Shown here in pieces: positions 21,884 to 33,764 of a DNA stretch of 64,000 bases. Position 1 is the first letter of the stretch. Each line of letters starts with the position of its first letter. The translations under genes were made by a program, and so were the position numbers. Location of the stretch: the NCBI GenBank assembly GCA_000091205.1, contig AP006498.2; one strand, given 5' to 3'. The stretch is from Cyanidioschyzon merolae (Eukaryota). The notes below the pieces were generated by a model. That model was not told where the DNA came from and did not search any database. It saw only the letters and a program-made list of their open reading frames with translations.

Positions 21884-23715
21884 ACGGCACCGGTACTGAT
21901 TTATCATGAAAAAATCGAACGCAACACGATCAATTGCATTCAGCACTGAGGTCTATCATGAAAAAATCGAACGCAACACGATCAATTGCATTCAGCACTG
22001 AGGTCTATCATGAAAAAATCGAACGCAACACGATCGATTGTATTCGGCACTGAGGTCGATCATGAAAAAATCGAACGCAACACGATCGATTGTATTCGGC
22101 ACTCAGGTCTATCATGGAAAAATCGAACGCAACACGATCGATTGCATTCGGCGGTGAGGTCTATCTTGAAAAAATCGAACGCAACACGATCGATTGTATT
22201 CGGCACTGAGGTCTATCATGAAAAAATCGAACGCAACACGATCGATTGTATTCGGCACTGAGGTCTATCATGAAAAAATCGAACGCAACACGATCGATTG
22301 TATTCGGCACTGAGGTCTATCATGAAAAAATCGAACGCAACACGATCGATTGTATTCGGCACTGAGGTCTATCATGGAAAAATCGAACGCAACACGATCG
22401 ATTGTATTCGGCACTGAGGTCTATCATGAAAATCGAACGCAACACGATCGATTGCATTCGGCGGTGAGGTCTATCATGGAAAAATCGAACGCAACACGAT
22501 CGATTGCATTCGGCACTGAGGTCTATCATGAAAAAATCGAACGCAACACGATCGATTGTATTCGGCACTGAGGTCTATCATGGAAAAATCGAACGCAACA
22601 CGATCGATTGCATTCGGCACTGAGGTCTATCATGGAAAAATCGAACGCAACACGATCGATTGCATTCGGCACTGAGGTCTATCATGGAAAAATCGAACGC
22701 AACACGATCGATTGCATTCGGCACTGAGGTCTATCATGGAAAAATCGAACGCAACACGATCGATTGTATTCGGCACTGAGGTCTATCATGGAAAAATCGA
22801 ACGCAACACGATCGATTGCATTCGGCACTGAGGTCTATCATGGAAAAATCGAACGCAACACGATCGATTGCATTCGGCACTGAGGTCTATCATGGAAAAA
22901 TCGAACGCAACACGATCGATTGCATTCGGCACTGAGGTCTATCATGGAAAAATCGAACGCAACACGATCGATTGCATTCGGCACTGAGGTCTATCATGGA
23001 AAAATCGAACGCAACACGATCGATTGCATTCGGCACTGAGGTCTATCATGAAAAAATCGAACGCAACACGATCGATTGCATTCGGCACTGAGGTCTATCA
23101 TGGAAAAATCGAACGCAACACGATCGATTGTATTCGGCACTGAGGTCTATCATGAAAATCGAACGCAACACGATCGATTGTATTCGGCACTGAGGTCTAT
23201 CATGAAAAAATCGAACGCAACACGATCGATTGTATTCGGCACTGAGGTCTATCATGGAAAAATCGAACGCAACACGATCGATTGTATTCGGCACTGAGGT
23301 CTATCATGGAAAAATCGAACGCAACACGATCGATTGCATTCGGCACTGAGGTCTATCATGAAAAAATCGAACGCAACACGATCGATTGCATTCGGCACTG
23401 AGGTCTATCATGGAAAAATCGAACGCAACACGATCGATTGTATTCGGCACTGAGGTCTATCATGAAAAAATCGAACGCAACAAGATCGATTGCATTCGGC
23501 GGTGAGGTCTATCATGAAAAAATCGAACGCAACACGATCGATTGTATTCGGCACTCAGGTCTATCATGGAAAAATCGAACGCAACACGATCGATTGCATT
23601 CGGCGGTGAGGTCTATCATAGAAAAATCGAACGCAACACGATCGATTGCATTCGGCACTGAGGTCTATCATGGAAAAATCGAACGCAACACGATCGATTG
23701 TATTCGGCACTGAGG
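21884..23715. repeat. Minisatellite: about 35 tandem copies of a 52-bp unit with variant subtypes
   Basis: Unit aggtctatcatgaaaaaatcgaacgcaacacgatcgattgtattcggcactg, period 52. Variants differ at atcatg(a/g)aaaa, gattg(t/c)att and cggc(ac/gg)tgagg. Each unit contains the inverted repeat ATCGA-N11-TCGAT. The array ends about 290 bp upstream of the CDC45 ORF. Track ORFs 21986-23713 on both strands are artifacts of the repeat. Confidence 0.95.
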
Positions 23716-24007
23716 CGCGATGGCGCGCGCGCAGCCAAATCCCCGCCCCGCAGTGAGTCGCTGCAGCGCTCCGTTCATCATCGGATAAGGCGGGATGCGC
23801 TTCTCCTTGGGCGGTGCCAGTAGGGAGGCCACGGACGCAGCCAGTGTACGCGGGTTGTACTTGGGTATTCGTTTGTTCGGTTGTGTGTGTGTGTTCGTGT
23901 TCAATCGACTGATCGTTCGATCATACCTGGACGGAGGTACTAGCTTGTTGTGGAGTAAGTTTTTGAGCACTGTCTGAAGAGGTGCGTGGTCCAGTCAGGT
24001 CTATGCT

Positions 24008-26002
24008 ATGCTTTTACGTCTATCGCAAGTTGACGCTGTCTGGCCGGTGGTGCGATCAGGGCGTGCGCGGGCGCTCTTGGACACGGTAGCTCAGCAGGAT
24101 GCGATAGTCGATGCGTTGCTGTGGCCACAGCAACTTTCAGAGAGCACTCTGCAACGTCGTGGAAAGCGAACTGTAGCGCCGGCGCACCCGAGCGACGGGC
24201 TGCAAGCTGGACGGCGGCAGGTTTCGTCGCAGGCTGCAATGTGTTTCCTGGTGGCGCCAAGCGTAGACGCGCTGGCTGCAACTCGTACGCTAACGCTGCT
24301 GCTCCAAGCCGAGTCTATACCCTATCACATATATCCCATCCACGATTACCGCGAACTGGAAAACTTGCAGTGCGGTGGGCGCTCGGTTTTGGGATCGATG
24401 GACGTGCAGGACACCTCGCCGTTGCGGGCAATTGTTTGTGTGAACTGCGGTGCGGGTGTCGATATTGCCGCTCTGCTTCGTCTTCCTGAGGACAGCGATC
24501 TGCCCGTTCTTGTCATCGACTCGCATCGTCCGTATCATTTGCGCAATCTGCAGAGCGCCCATGTGATCCTCCTGCATGATTCGGACGTTTTTGAGGTGCA
24601 GTTGCCGCCGAGCGGCGCAGAAGATGCCCTGGGGCAGATCCTGCCCATGGACCCGGAGGCGCACGTTGATGACGCCACATCCAGCGACTTGGACACTGAC
24701 GCAGATACGTCCCCACAGGACGCAAGGAACCGGCGACGTCGGCGCAGGGGCTTCGGATCGGGCATCCAGCGCGCTGTCCAGCGTTATTACCGACGAACGG
24801 AGCGAGCCGCGAGCGCTGCAGGTGTAGCGTACGCGCTTGCTGCGAACCTGAACCGTGCAGATCTGGACACCTTATGGTACTGGATCCTTGCTGTTACGGA
24901 GCAGTTTTTTGATCGCCAAGCGAGCGATACGGCATGTTACGAGCAAATTGTACGCTGTATCCGGGAGGAATGGAAACGCATCATTTCTCGATTATCAACC
25001 GATGATGATAACGGTGATGGACAGAAAGACGCGCTGGCACCTCTCGAGCCGTCGACTGAGTTCTCTCTGGAACTGCTTCGCCACTGGACTCTTTACGATA
25101 GTCTTATTCATTCGACGTGGCTGGCAAGTCGGGTTCAACGCTGGCGTCAGGAAGCCGAACGAAGTATCAGCGAGATTCTCGCCCTGCTAGGCATTCCGCT
25201 GCGCGAGAGCAAACAGCGATGGACGCATCTCGCTGCTGAACTCAAGGATAGGGTACGAGAGCGTCTTATTCCAGTGTTATGCACCTATTTTACTCGTCGC
25301 GAGTCTGATGCGGGGCGAGTACGCACAAACAGCCGATGTCGACGTTCGGCTATTGCGAATACTTTGTGTTATGAATCCTTCGTGCGACGTTTTGGTGCAC
25401 ATCGCGGGCAAACGGTGTCGGCCGCTGATGTTGTGCTGGCGGCAGGTGCTCTTCTCGATCGGGGCCATTTCTGGCGAGCATACGCTCTTTTGCAATGTCG
25501 ACATATCGACGACATGGTACCAGCATTTGAGCTTGCGAAGCGAAGCCAGCGCCTCTTGCTCGAAGCGGCTGTAAGCGTGCTGGAACGCCGTGCCTACACT
25601 CGCGGACGTCATGCCTGGTGCGCAATGCTGGACGGACCGCCCCTGCTCGCCGCGAAGATAGAACGCAAGCTCCATCTTCAAAGACGCCTAGCGCTCGCTT
25701 TAGGAGACTGGTTTTATGGCACAAAACGCCATCCGAAACCGCTCTGGCTGATTGTAGACAGTCCACAGAGTGAGCACGCAACGGTCACACTGGTAACACC
25801 TCAGCGCTCTGCAAGCGAGGACGCGGTGAGCGCCACTTGTGCTGAATGCGATCTGCGTGCCTACGCACAGACTTCAGCGACAGCAGCTACTTTACTGGCG
25901 CCTGCGTTTCATGGTTGCGAACCTGTCCAGGCTTCGCTCGGGTCAGGCTCGGTGCCGGACCTGAAGGACCTCCTCACACGCGGGCTCTCCGCACGGCGAT
26001 GA
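24008..26002 (+). CDS. CDC45: CDC45 replication initiation factor (CMG helicase component); true start possibly the internal Met near 24239
   Basis: [14 protein letters not shown]... matches CDC45 [54 protein letters not shown] matches [43 protein letters not shown] matches [37 protein letters not shown]...[15 protein letters not shown] matches [27 protein letters not shown]...LADMGLPLKQVKQKF. Confidence 0.85.
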   Translation: [664 protein letters not shown]

Positions 26003-26111
26003 GCGAGTGTCGCTTATCTCGCTAACTGCATCCGATGAAGACGGCACACTGCCCCGCGCGCTATGTTCATGTTAAGCAAATTTTTCCGAAAGTTTCCCAG
26101 GTGTGCAAGCT

Positions 26112-26778
26112 TGATAATTTGTATGAAGCAATGAGTACGTTTCCAGTCGTACATCGATTTAGGATTGTGCATCGGTGTTGTGGAGTGCTTTTTCAGAATA
26201 TTTTGCGGGCGGCATTCGTTCGTCATGAGAATGAAGATGATTCGTGACGCCCACCGCCTACGATTCCTGGAGTAACCGATAGGGCCGTCCAACGCACAGG
26301 TACAAGCCTCCACTCTTCTGCTTTCCCAAAGAGCAGTATACCCAGGTCACGCATGCTTCACGTTTTCGATACGTCTCTGTGGAGCGATACTTCATGGGTG
26401 AAGCAAGTTGCGCCGCTGCATGAGCAGCTCGAAGAAAGTCTTGTTCATCGTCATCCGTTGACGACTTGGTCACCCGCTCATGCCGAACGTTCACTGAACA
26501 TCGCACCTCAAGCAATCGACTCGGATCGAAACGCAAATCCTTTTCTCTTTGCGAGCATCGGTGAGCCTGCATGCCACTGCAGCATGATGCCAGCTCGAGT
26601 GCTATACTCGCAGCGGCTCCCGTGTATCGTGTTTGCGTGGAACATCGTTTTAGAGTTTATTCACCGCAGCGATCACTTGACATGGGGATTGCGTCAGCGC
26701 TCTATACGAAGCGAGCGTAGGCAGATTGAACGTTCTCGATTTCATCTGCAGCCTGGAATTTTCTTCCGATTCTTGCTC
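26112..26778 (+). repeat. Dispersed repeat, copy A (about 665 bp; about 99% identical to 37119-37780)
   Basis: Shared sequence runs from aatttgtatgaagcaatgagtacgtttccagtcg to cctggaattttcttccgattcttgct. The three embedded track ORFs are identical between copies. No TG..CA LTR termini, no clear TSD, no recognisable coding content. Confidence 0.9.
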
Positions 26779-28548
26779 TACCTTGGAAAAGATTGCGTTC
26801 CGCTGATCCCCTTCTCTTCCGGATAATATCATCGAACACAGGGTGGTTCATCCTCTGTTCTCCAGCTTATCTTCCGTGATTCAATACCATGGAGAACGTT
26901 TGCGGTACCGTGGACAACAAATTTAGCGAAGCAAATGCACGTTTCGATGCACCGGAACCTGCTCGATGCTTAGTGGTGCTCGACGCTTTGGGCACCGCGA
27001 CTGCGTCCACCGGGGCTCTTCGGAGCTTGTTCTACGAAATTCGTTGAGGTTTGCGGATCTCATATTTCCATCGAGTCATGAAACAAAGAGATGAACGAGC
27101 CACAAAGAATGAGTATGGATAGCTTGCTCATCTATGGCGGCACATAGCCCATGCACACCTGGCATGCTACGGATCCTACAGTTTACCCGCAACGCAGATG
27201 CCCTAAAGCGTTTCGAAAAGAGGTGCGCAGCTTTCGCTGAGAACGTCGCCATTGTCAGACGGAACGCCTGGCTGCGAGAAGCCCATCGCTTTTCTCTGAC
27301 GCTACGATAGTGAAGCGATCGCCTATGAGATACGAACGCTTGCGAGAACATAGACCTCGTGTAGACACATATGCACTTGTTCGAAGGATGCCCCAGCAAC
27401 GCGCTTGCCGCTATCCATGTTCGCGTACCCTGCTCCAAGCATAGATCGTTGCAGGAGCCAACGCGTCGCCACACCGTGTACCACGGAGGTCGTCTCAGGG
27501 ATCCTGATGCACAACGACCGTTACCAGCGTCGTTGTAGAGAAAGCGCAGCTCAGGCGCCGATGCACCACACTGCTGGTAGAGGTTTCCTCTGGAACGTAT
27601 GAACCCAACCCATGGACCAAGAACTGTGATCGTTCGCATATACCATCAGGCGGTCTTGTTCGCGTTTCGGCAGCTAGTGGAGGTGCACCCGTCTTGGGCA
27701 CGAAGTGTCGTCATTGTACACGAGGCCGCGCATGGCAAGTACGCCTGCAGAAGCTCCGCGTGAGCCATAGGGCATGCTGTCCCGCGTTTTTTACTCTGTC
27801 TGCTGGCACCATGCTGGGCTGCCTCGGCAGACACAGTCCGCGGATACAGATCTGGAGAATTCGCACTTGCAGATGAGTCTGTTCTGAGCGCCGGCACAGC
27901 GCGTTCTAGTTTACGATTCCCGTAGAAAGGAGGCGGTTGTGGGTGTCCCAACGAGCTGTCCGCCAGAGCGCCAGCGATCCGCAGTATTCGTTCATAGGCT
28001 TCCTGGACCTGCAGCACACACACACACACACACACGTGTCTCGTCGCTGGGATCGATATGCGCTTTGCACGAGCACCTGCGCAAATCACCTGGCGCGCTA
28101 CAAGTTCGCCAATGCGTTGCGGTTGCCTGCTCTGTCACAAGGCGGGATGCCATACATGGACGCACCTAGTGCATGCACGTCGTTCATGGTTCCTGGGTCA
28201 GCGTATTCGACCAGTACCCGTGCAGAAACCTGGAATCCGAGCAGATGTCGCATCTCAGGCAAGCTCCTGCAAAAGAGCATGCCATCAGTACCTCTGGATA
28301 CGTACGGATCACGATCTGTCTCTTGACAATCGCAGTCGACACGTCTGAATATGCAGAGCTGCGCTTTCGGGCATTGCGAGGCAGTCTCTCGCCAGTTGAC
28401 ATCATGCCAATACTGCCTCCTGCGACATGTGAAACGCGGGTGTCCGCCTCGACCTCGTCGCGAGTGCTGAACTAAATCGTTCCTACTTCATCGGGAGTCT
28501 CTTGACTCCACTGTATGTCGGCTACTGGCCTCGGATGCGTCCAGTGCT

Positions 28549-29916
28549 CTAGAGATCCAATTTGGTGCCCCGTCGGATGACACCCCAGCCGATCAGCCGC
28601 CAGTGCCGCTCAATACGCCGACTCAGAGCGATTTTCTCGCCTTCCTCCGTACAAACCGGAGACGTCAAACGCAGTTTTGCGAGATCGCGCTTTGTAGCCA
28701 GCACCCGACCACCAGTAGATGTTGAGCCAATGTTCACCATGAGGATCTCGTCTTTGGTTAGCTTGCTTACGCGTGCTCCATCAGCGCCCTCGGTTTTAAC
28801 GCCCAACAACCGTCTGAGCAGGAAAAAGTTAATCTCAATTTCCGTGAAAACCGGGGGTAACGTGCCGACTGCACCAAGCACTTGGCCAACAAGGCGATCA
28901 CCTCGGGTAAGCGTCGGGTCAATCTTGGTACCCACTCCTATGAGTCCGCCCGGAACCGCGTATTGCAACTCGTTGCGCTCGGCGTGCATCGAAACAATTT
29001 TCGAGATAATCGGCTGGCACTTGAAGTTTCCTTCTGCGTCCTTGATGGTGATCCCCGGTCGAATCTCGATAAGATCTCCGACTCGCAGCACGCCTTGCAT
29101 GATCGAGCCGCCGGCAACACCACCGCGTAGATTCTCTACGTCTTCGCCCGGTTTGTTCACGTCAAAACTCCGAATAATAATCATCCGCGGAGGCGATACA
29201 AAATCCCGCCGTGGAACGGGCACATGTTTAATGAGGTATTCGACGACGACATCGACGTTGTATCGCAACTGGGCGGAGATCGGCACGATTGGAGCCTGCT
29301 CAGCAACAGTTCCCCGGATGAAGTTCTTGATCTGCTCATATTGTGTGCGTGCTGCAGATTCGTCCACTAAGTCGATTTTATTTTGGCAGACGATGATACT
29401 TCGGAGCTGCATGACCTCCACGGCGGCGAGATGCTCGGAGGTCTGCGGCTGCGGACAGCTCTCGTTCCCAGCGATGATCAGCAGCGCCGCATCCATAACT
29501 GCAGCTCCGTTCAGCATCGTGGCCATGAGAATATCATGGCCTGGACAGTCGACAAAACTCACGTGACGCTCCAACCGTAGTCGCTGTCCGCAGCCCGGTA
29601 CCTCGCACGGTAACGAGTCCGGTGCGTCCGATGGGAACGCTCGATAGCAGTAAGGTCGCGGACACTCGGGCCGCTCGCAGCGGTAAAGCTTCGCATTAGC
29701 ATACCCAAGCTTTATAGTGATGTTGCGCTCAAGTTCATTGCGGAAACGAACTGTCTGCACACCGGAAATGGAGCGCACGAGTGTCGACTTGCCGTGTGCG
29801 ACGTGCCCGATCGTTCCGATGTTTACCGTGGCTTGCCGGGAAATCACCTCCGGGGTCAGCGGTGTAAGCTCCTCGACCTTTAGCTTAGAAAGATCTTGGA
29901 CAGCTAAACCTGACAT
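28549..29916 (-). CDS. EIF2G: Translation initiation factor eIF2 gamma subunit
   Basis: [45 protein letters not shown] (G1 / zinc-knuckle region)...VDCPGHD...CQNKIDLV...full-length 455 aa with domain II/III. Confidence 0.95.
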   Translation of the reverse strand: MSGLAVQDLSKLKVEELTPLTPEVISRQATVNIGTIGHVAHGKSTLVRSISGVQTVRFRNELERNITIKLGYANAKLYRCERPECPRPYCYRAFPSDAPDSLPCEVPGCGQRLRLERHVSFVDCPGHDILMATMLNGAAVMDAALLIIAGNESCPQPQTSEHLAAVEVMQLRSIIVCQNKIDLVDESAARTQYEQIKNFIRGTVAEQAPIVPISAQLRYNVDVVVEYLIKHVPVPRRDFVSPPRMIIIRSFDVNKPGEDVENLRGGVAGGSIMQGVLRVGDLIEIRPGITIKDAEGNFKCQPIISKIVSMHAERNELQYAVPGGLIGVGTKIDPTLTRGDRLVGQVLGAVGTLPPVFTEIEINFFLLRRLLGVKTEGADGARVSKLTKDEILMVNIGSTSTGGRVLATKRDLAKLRLTSPVCTEEGEKIALSRRIERHWRLIGWGVIRRGTKLDL

Positions 29917-30009
29917 GCCCGGAATCCAAAGTGATCAACTGCAAACCCAAGGAAACTGTTGACCAGAGGAAGCTGCTGTACGAGGATTCCGGGTACTGTG
30001 GAGAGACCG

Positions 30010-30050
30010 TGAGCGGCGGCGGCGGCCGCGGCGGCGGCGGCGGCAGACGT
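30010..30050. repeat. (GCG/GCC)n microsatellite in the presumptive 5' leader of eIF2-gamma
   Basis: ggcggcggcggccgcggcggcggcggcgg, about 100 bp upstream of the minus-strand start codon. Confidence 0.85.
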
Positions 30051-30349
30051 TTCAACGCAGGCACTTGTCCTCTCTTGCTACAGGCTTGCAAGAAAGCGAC
30101 AATATGCTGAACTGGTCGATGAGTTCGTGCTTTGTAATCCTTTTCCGAGAGCTTAGTGGATATACAGCCTCTGCATACAAAGTATATACATAAAGGTTAC
30201 TTGTATATCTACTGTTGTAGGTTTCTCGATTGTCGTCTCGGAGTTGCCCTATCGAAGGTTGGCGTTTGGAACTTGTTTCATCACCGGAAACCAGATAATT
30301 CGCGACGCACGCAAACAAGTGTTTCTAATGTAACCGATATCACTATCCA

Positions 30350-32600
30350 ATGTATATATTCATGCCTCCATGCTTCTCGTTTGACAACGTGTACCGTATT
30401 GCAACCGTGCATTGCTCCAAGACTTCGATCGCTCGCATGAAGTCAACTTGTGGACGGAGCGACTCGCACCGAAGCGTAGACGACTAGAGGTCTCGATATC
30501 GTCCGTATCGTCTTGTGCATACGCTCATGTCGAAAATTCAGTGAATCACTCCCGTTGAGTGATAGTCGATTCCGTTCGAACAATGAGCGCTCTGCGCGTT
30601 ATGGCGACAGACAGAACGGGCGTCGATGACAGCTGCAGCAGCATGATATCTGTCATGGGATATGCTGCCAGAGGCTCCCGTCTCTTCTATTTACATCGCA
30701 ATAGGACCTTGAACTCGGGTGTCAGGCATCACAGCGATCGCTCCCATTTGAGCATGCGTCATCGCCTTGCATGACGGTATTGCTGGCGAAAAAGGAATCA
30801 CTGGGACCCCGGCATCGTCTGAGTATCCGGATCCAGCGACGCGTGACGGATTCGATGACGTGGAGACGATTAAGCGACGACTCGGTTGCCAGTCTGCACG
30901 GGATGAAGGAGTTTTTCATGAATGGAGCTTCGGCAAGGCCCAGCGGCTCGAATGATAGCGAGCGCTTGATGAGCCTCCATCGTAGATTCTTCGAAAGCGT
31001 ACACGCTGCGTAGAAAATCGACCAGCTGCTTACGAGCAACACGTCTGCGAAAGCGATGGTGCCGAGTTGTCTGGAGCGGTGCTCCGGAGCCCCTGGCGCG
31101 TCGAGACATTCGACTTTTCCGAACGCATCTTTCCCTCGAACTTATCAGCGTCTCGATTCGCGCCTATTTCGTTTCGTTGGGGACGGGCGCCCGCACGACA
31201 GCGCGAGTCCGATACGACCGATGGAGAGCAAATGCGTCGAAGAAGCAGACGAGGAACTAATCGAAGACATCGAGTGTATGAAGCGAACGAAGCACTTTTC
31301 GCTCTGACATTCGATGCCACTTATGGATCACTGGGGGAACAAAGCCCCACGGAATGCAATGCAAACTGCGTATTAGAAGTGAAAATTAAGCCATAGGAGT
31401 TTCGTATGAAGGCGAGTAGACCAAGTGACTTCCTTCAAGATCGATGGCGTTGGCGTATCCATCGTCATCAACAGTGATTGACGTAAACGCAAAACGAGCT
31501 CTTCAGGGCTCAAACATACAGCGGCTCAAAAAAGGAAATACAAGGAAGCGCAACGAGTAATACAGATTTGCGACCTCATGAGCTTGCCCTCCAATTTCAT
31601 CAGTATCGTCATGGACGCGGGAGAGCGACCCTCTACACATGCGCTCTCATTAGACTCGAAGCGGAGAACGACGCTCCCCTCAATGATAATCGACGACGAC
31701 GCTTTGGAGGCACGAGTTTCGAACTCTCCGACTTGTATCTGAATTCGCAAGCTGTGCGAGTGCGCTTGTCATCTTCGTGTCAGCGGACGCGAACAAATGG
31801 AAAACTAGTATGATGGGCGATCGCATCATATCTGAGACTTTCATGCCTTTGTTTCATTTTCACAAACGAGAGGAACTCGCCGGTATCATGCCCACGAGTC
31901 GTTTAGGCGCCCCGATAGCCGTTACGCGCATCGCAACGTGTTGTGAGAAAAAACGCGGAAAAACGAAGAACGTACAAGGAAGCGGGTCGTGAGTTATCGA
32001 ACGGAACACCATGCCCTTGTTCGTTGAACAGACTGGAGCCTCTCCGAGCGTATCGTCGAGAAGAAACCCGTAATGATAGGATAGGGTACGATACTAGGCG
32101 CGCAACCGGATGGTGCAGGCATCGACTGGTGCCTTCTGTACCCGTCAACGGTATGTTCCGAGCGACGAAGCGAGCATTCCCGTTTCACAGGCCGGCACGC
32201 GCAGAGCAATGAAGTGTGGTGGACATACGGGAATCCCTGCTCAGAGACAAGCGCCACCGCTGGGAATTGCATATCGAGTCCATAGACAAGGAACACGCGA
32301 ATGGCAAACGAAGCCAAGTATGTACCGACTGCCTGTGCATGAACGACGTCTACAACAGCAGAAAGCGTCGAAATCGGGACGTTCACGCTGCCGTCCGAAT
32401 CCTTCGTGTGCTGTTAACGGCACATGAATGCAACGAGAGATCACCGTATGCATCGCCGAAGAGAAGCGCGAGCAAAATGAATCAGGTACAAAGAAGCCCT
32501 TAAAGGCGGGTGCTGTCGACAGTGGAACGCTCCCCAAACCTAAGCGCGTACGTCCGAGCTAGCCAAGCAGACCTACCACATTGTAAGCTGACACGACTCG
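30350..32600 (+). mobile_element. TnpB/Fanzor-like element relic, copy III (longest, about 2.2 kb, heavily degraded)
   Basis: Head catgcctccatgcttctcgtttgac. Internal blocks gctcatgtcgaaaattcagtgaatcac, cagcgatcgctcccatttgagcatgcgtcatcgccttgca and gaaggagtttttcatgaatggagc match copies II/IV. Tail ORF 32216-32503: ...SQVCTDCLCMNDVYNSRKRRNRDVHAAVRILRVLL (gacgttcacgctgccgtccgaatcc matches gacttggacgctgccatcaacatcc). About 200 bp further on, gtaagctgacacg is shared with copy IV at 61226. Only short ORFs remain. Confidence 0.5.
32216..32503 (+). pseudogene. Degenerate C-terminal fragment of a TnpB/Fanzor-like nuclease (RuvC-III-like RDVHAAVRIL)
   Basis: CTDC...NRDVHAAVRIL. The second Cys pair of the zinc ribbon is lost. 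Confidence 0.4.
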
Positions 32601-33160
32601 AATAGAAAAGGCATCGGAAGTGTAAATTGACCAGGTGTGGCATCGCAGGAGCGCTGATCCCCAAGGCGAGAAGCGCGCGACGGCACCCCAGCATCTGTTC
32701 TGAAGCGATACGCCTTGAACGCGCTACCAGGATATCAAACGTTATCTGCACGAAACTCGCAGCACCCAGCATACATTGTACTTTGTAACGTGCTGTGCTG
32801 TGCTGTGCAACGCCCTGATCAGTATCCGGCGTGATCGCCTCTGGACTCCTCGAACAGCGCTGGAGGTGCAGTTTCCTCGAATCTTGGACCGCTGGAGCCG
32901 CTCTTCTGGGCCGCTTGACTACGCTCACTGAGGCATTTGGGTGCACCTGGGTTCTGCGAGCGAAGACTACATGAAATCGGGCAGAAACGAACAGGGGGCA
33001 TGTTTCATCGCCTACGCTACAGCTTTCGCCTCTAACCCGCTGTGTGACTACTTGCCAGTCTACTCGACAAAGCTGGTTCCTCTTACCATAGAGACCTTCG
33101 GTAAAGAGCGCACTTGGCTCAGCCTACGTGGTTGAAGCAGTGCTGTAGCCGCGAGATAAG

Positions 33161-33400
33161 GCAGCTACAACCAAACTCGCATCGCTGAACTGCATTGCAT
33201 CCAAGAGGAAACCGTTGTTGTTTGCTTGCGAATAGGAGCGGCTTCATTCCAGTATAGACTTCTTACACTGTGACGAACAGGCAGCTACAACCAAACTCGC
33301 ATCTCTGAACTGCATTGAATCCAAGAGGAAACCGTTGTTGTTTGCTTGCGAATAGGAGCGGCTTCATTCCAGTTTAGACCTCTTACACTGTGACGAACAG
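33161..33400. repeat. Two-copy 120-bp tandem duplication
   Basis: gcagctacaaccaaactcgcatc.ctgaactgcattg.atccaagaggaaaccgttgttgtttgcttgcgaataggagcggcttcattccagt.tagac.tcttacactgtgacgaacag occurs twice with 4 mismatches, about 365 bp upstream of the GT64 ORF. Confidence 0.9.
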
Positions 33401-33764
33401 TGTGCCGACATTGCTGTATTGCGGGCACCAATCGATACAAAGCCTTGGATAGGATTCTGGTTCGCTTCTGAACTCGCAGCACCGATCGAAGACGAGTTAG
33501 CGGGCGATTCGTGACGTACAGCTCACGTATACCCATCACATACGACGTCTTGTTCGCTATTTCATTCCAAATCGAAAAGCGTGGCACGCAAACAGCTTCC
33601 AAGAGCGTCTGTGTCTCGTGATAGTGCTGCCGCGCTACCGACTACGATCGGATGTTGCGTCGGTTCGGCAAGGTGCTATTCTTTTCACCCAAGTCACTGT
33701 TTTTGGGCGTTGACATCGCGCATCAACACTGTCGTATCACCGTTGATCCCACGACCTAGGCAGG

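Noticed and set aside
21986-23713. Multiple 73-91 aa ORFs on both strands (MHSALRSIMKKSNATRSIVFGTEV..., MPNTIDRVAFDF...)
   Set aside because: They are generated by the in-frame ATG inside each 52-bp minisatellite unit. Periodic repeat artifacts, not genes.
28562-29566. 334-aa ORF antisense to eIF2-gamma, and similar long antisense ORFs (for example 5695-6255 -, 14660-15418 -, 15608-16252 -, 46647-47486 -)
   Set aside because: GC-rich coding DNA routinely gives long open frames on the opposite strand. Their translations are low-complexity (Arg/Ser/Pro-rich) with no recognisable domains.
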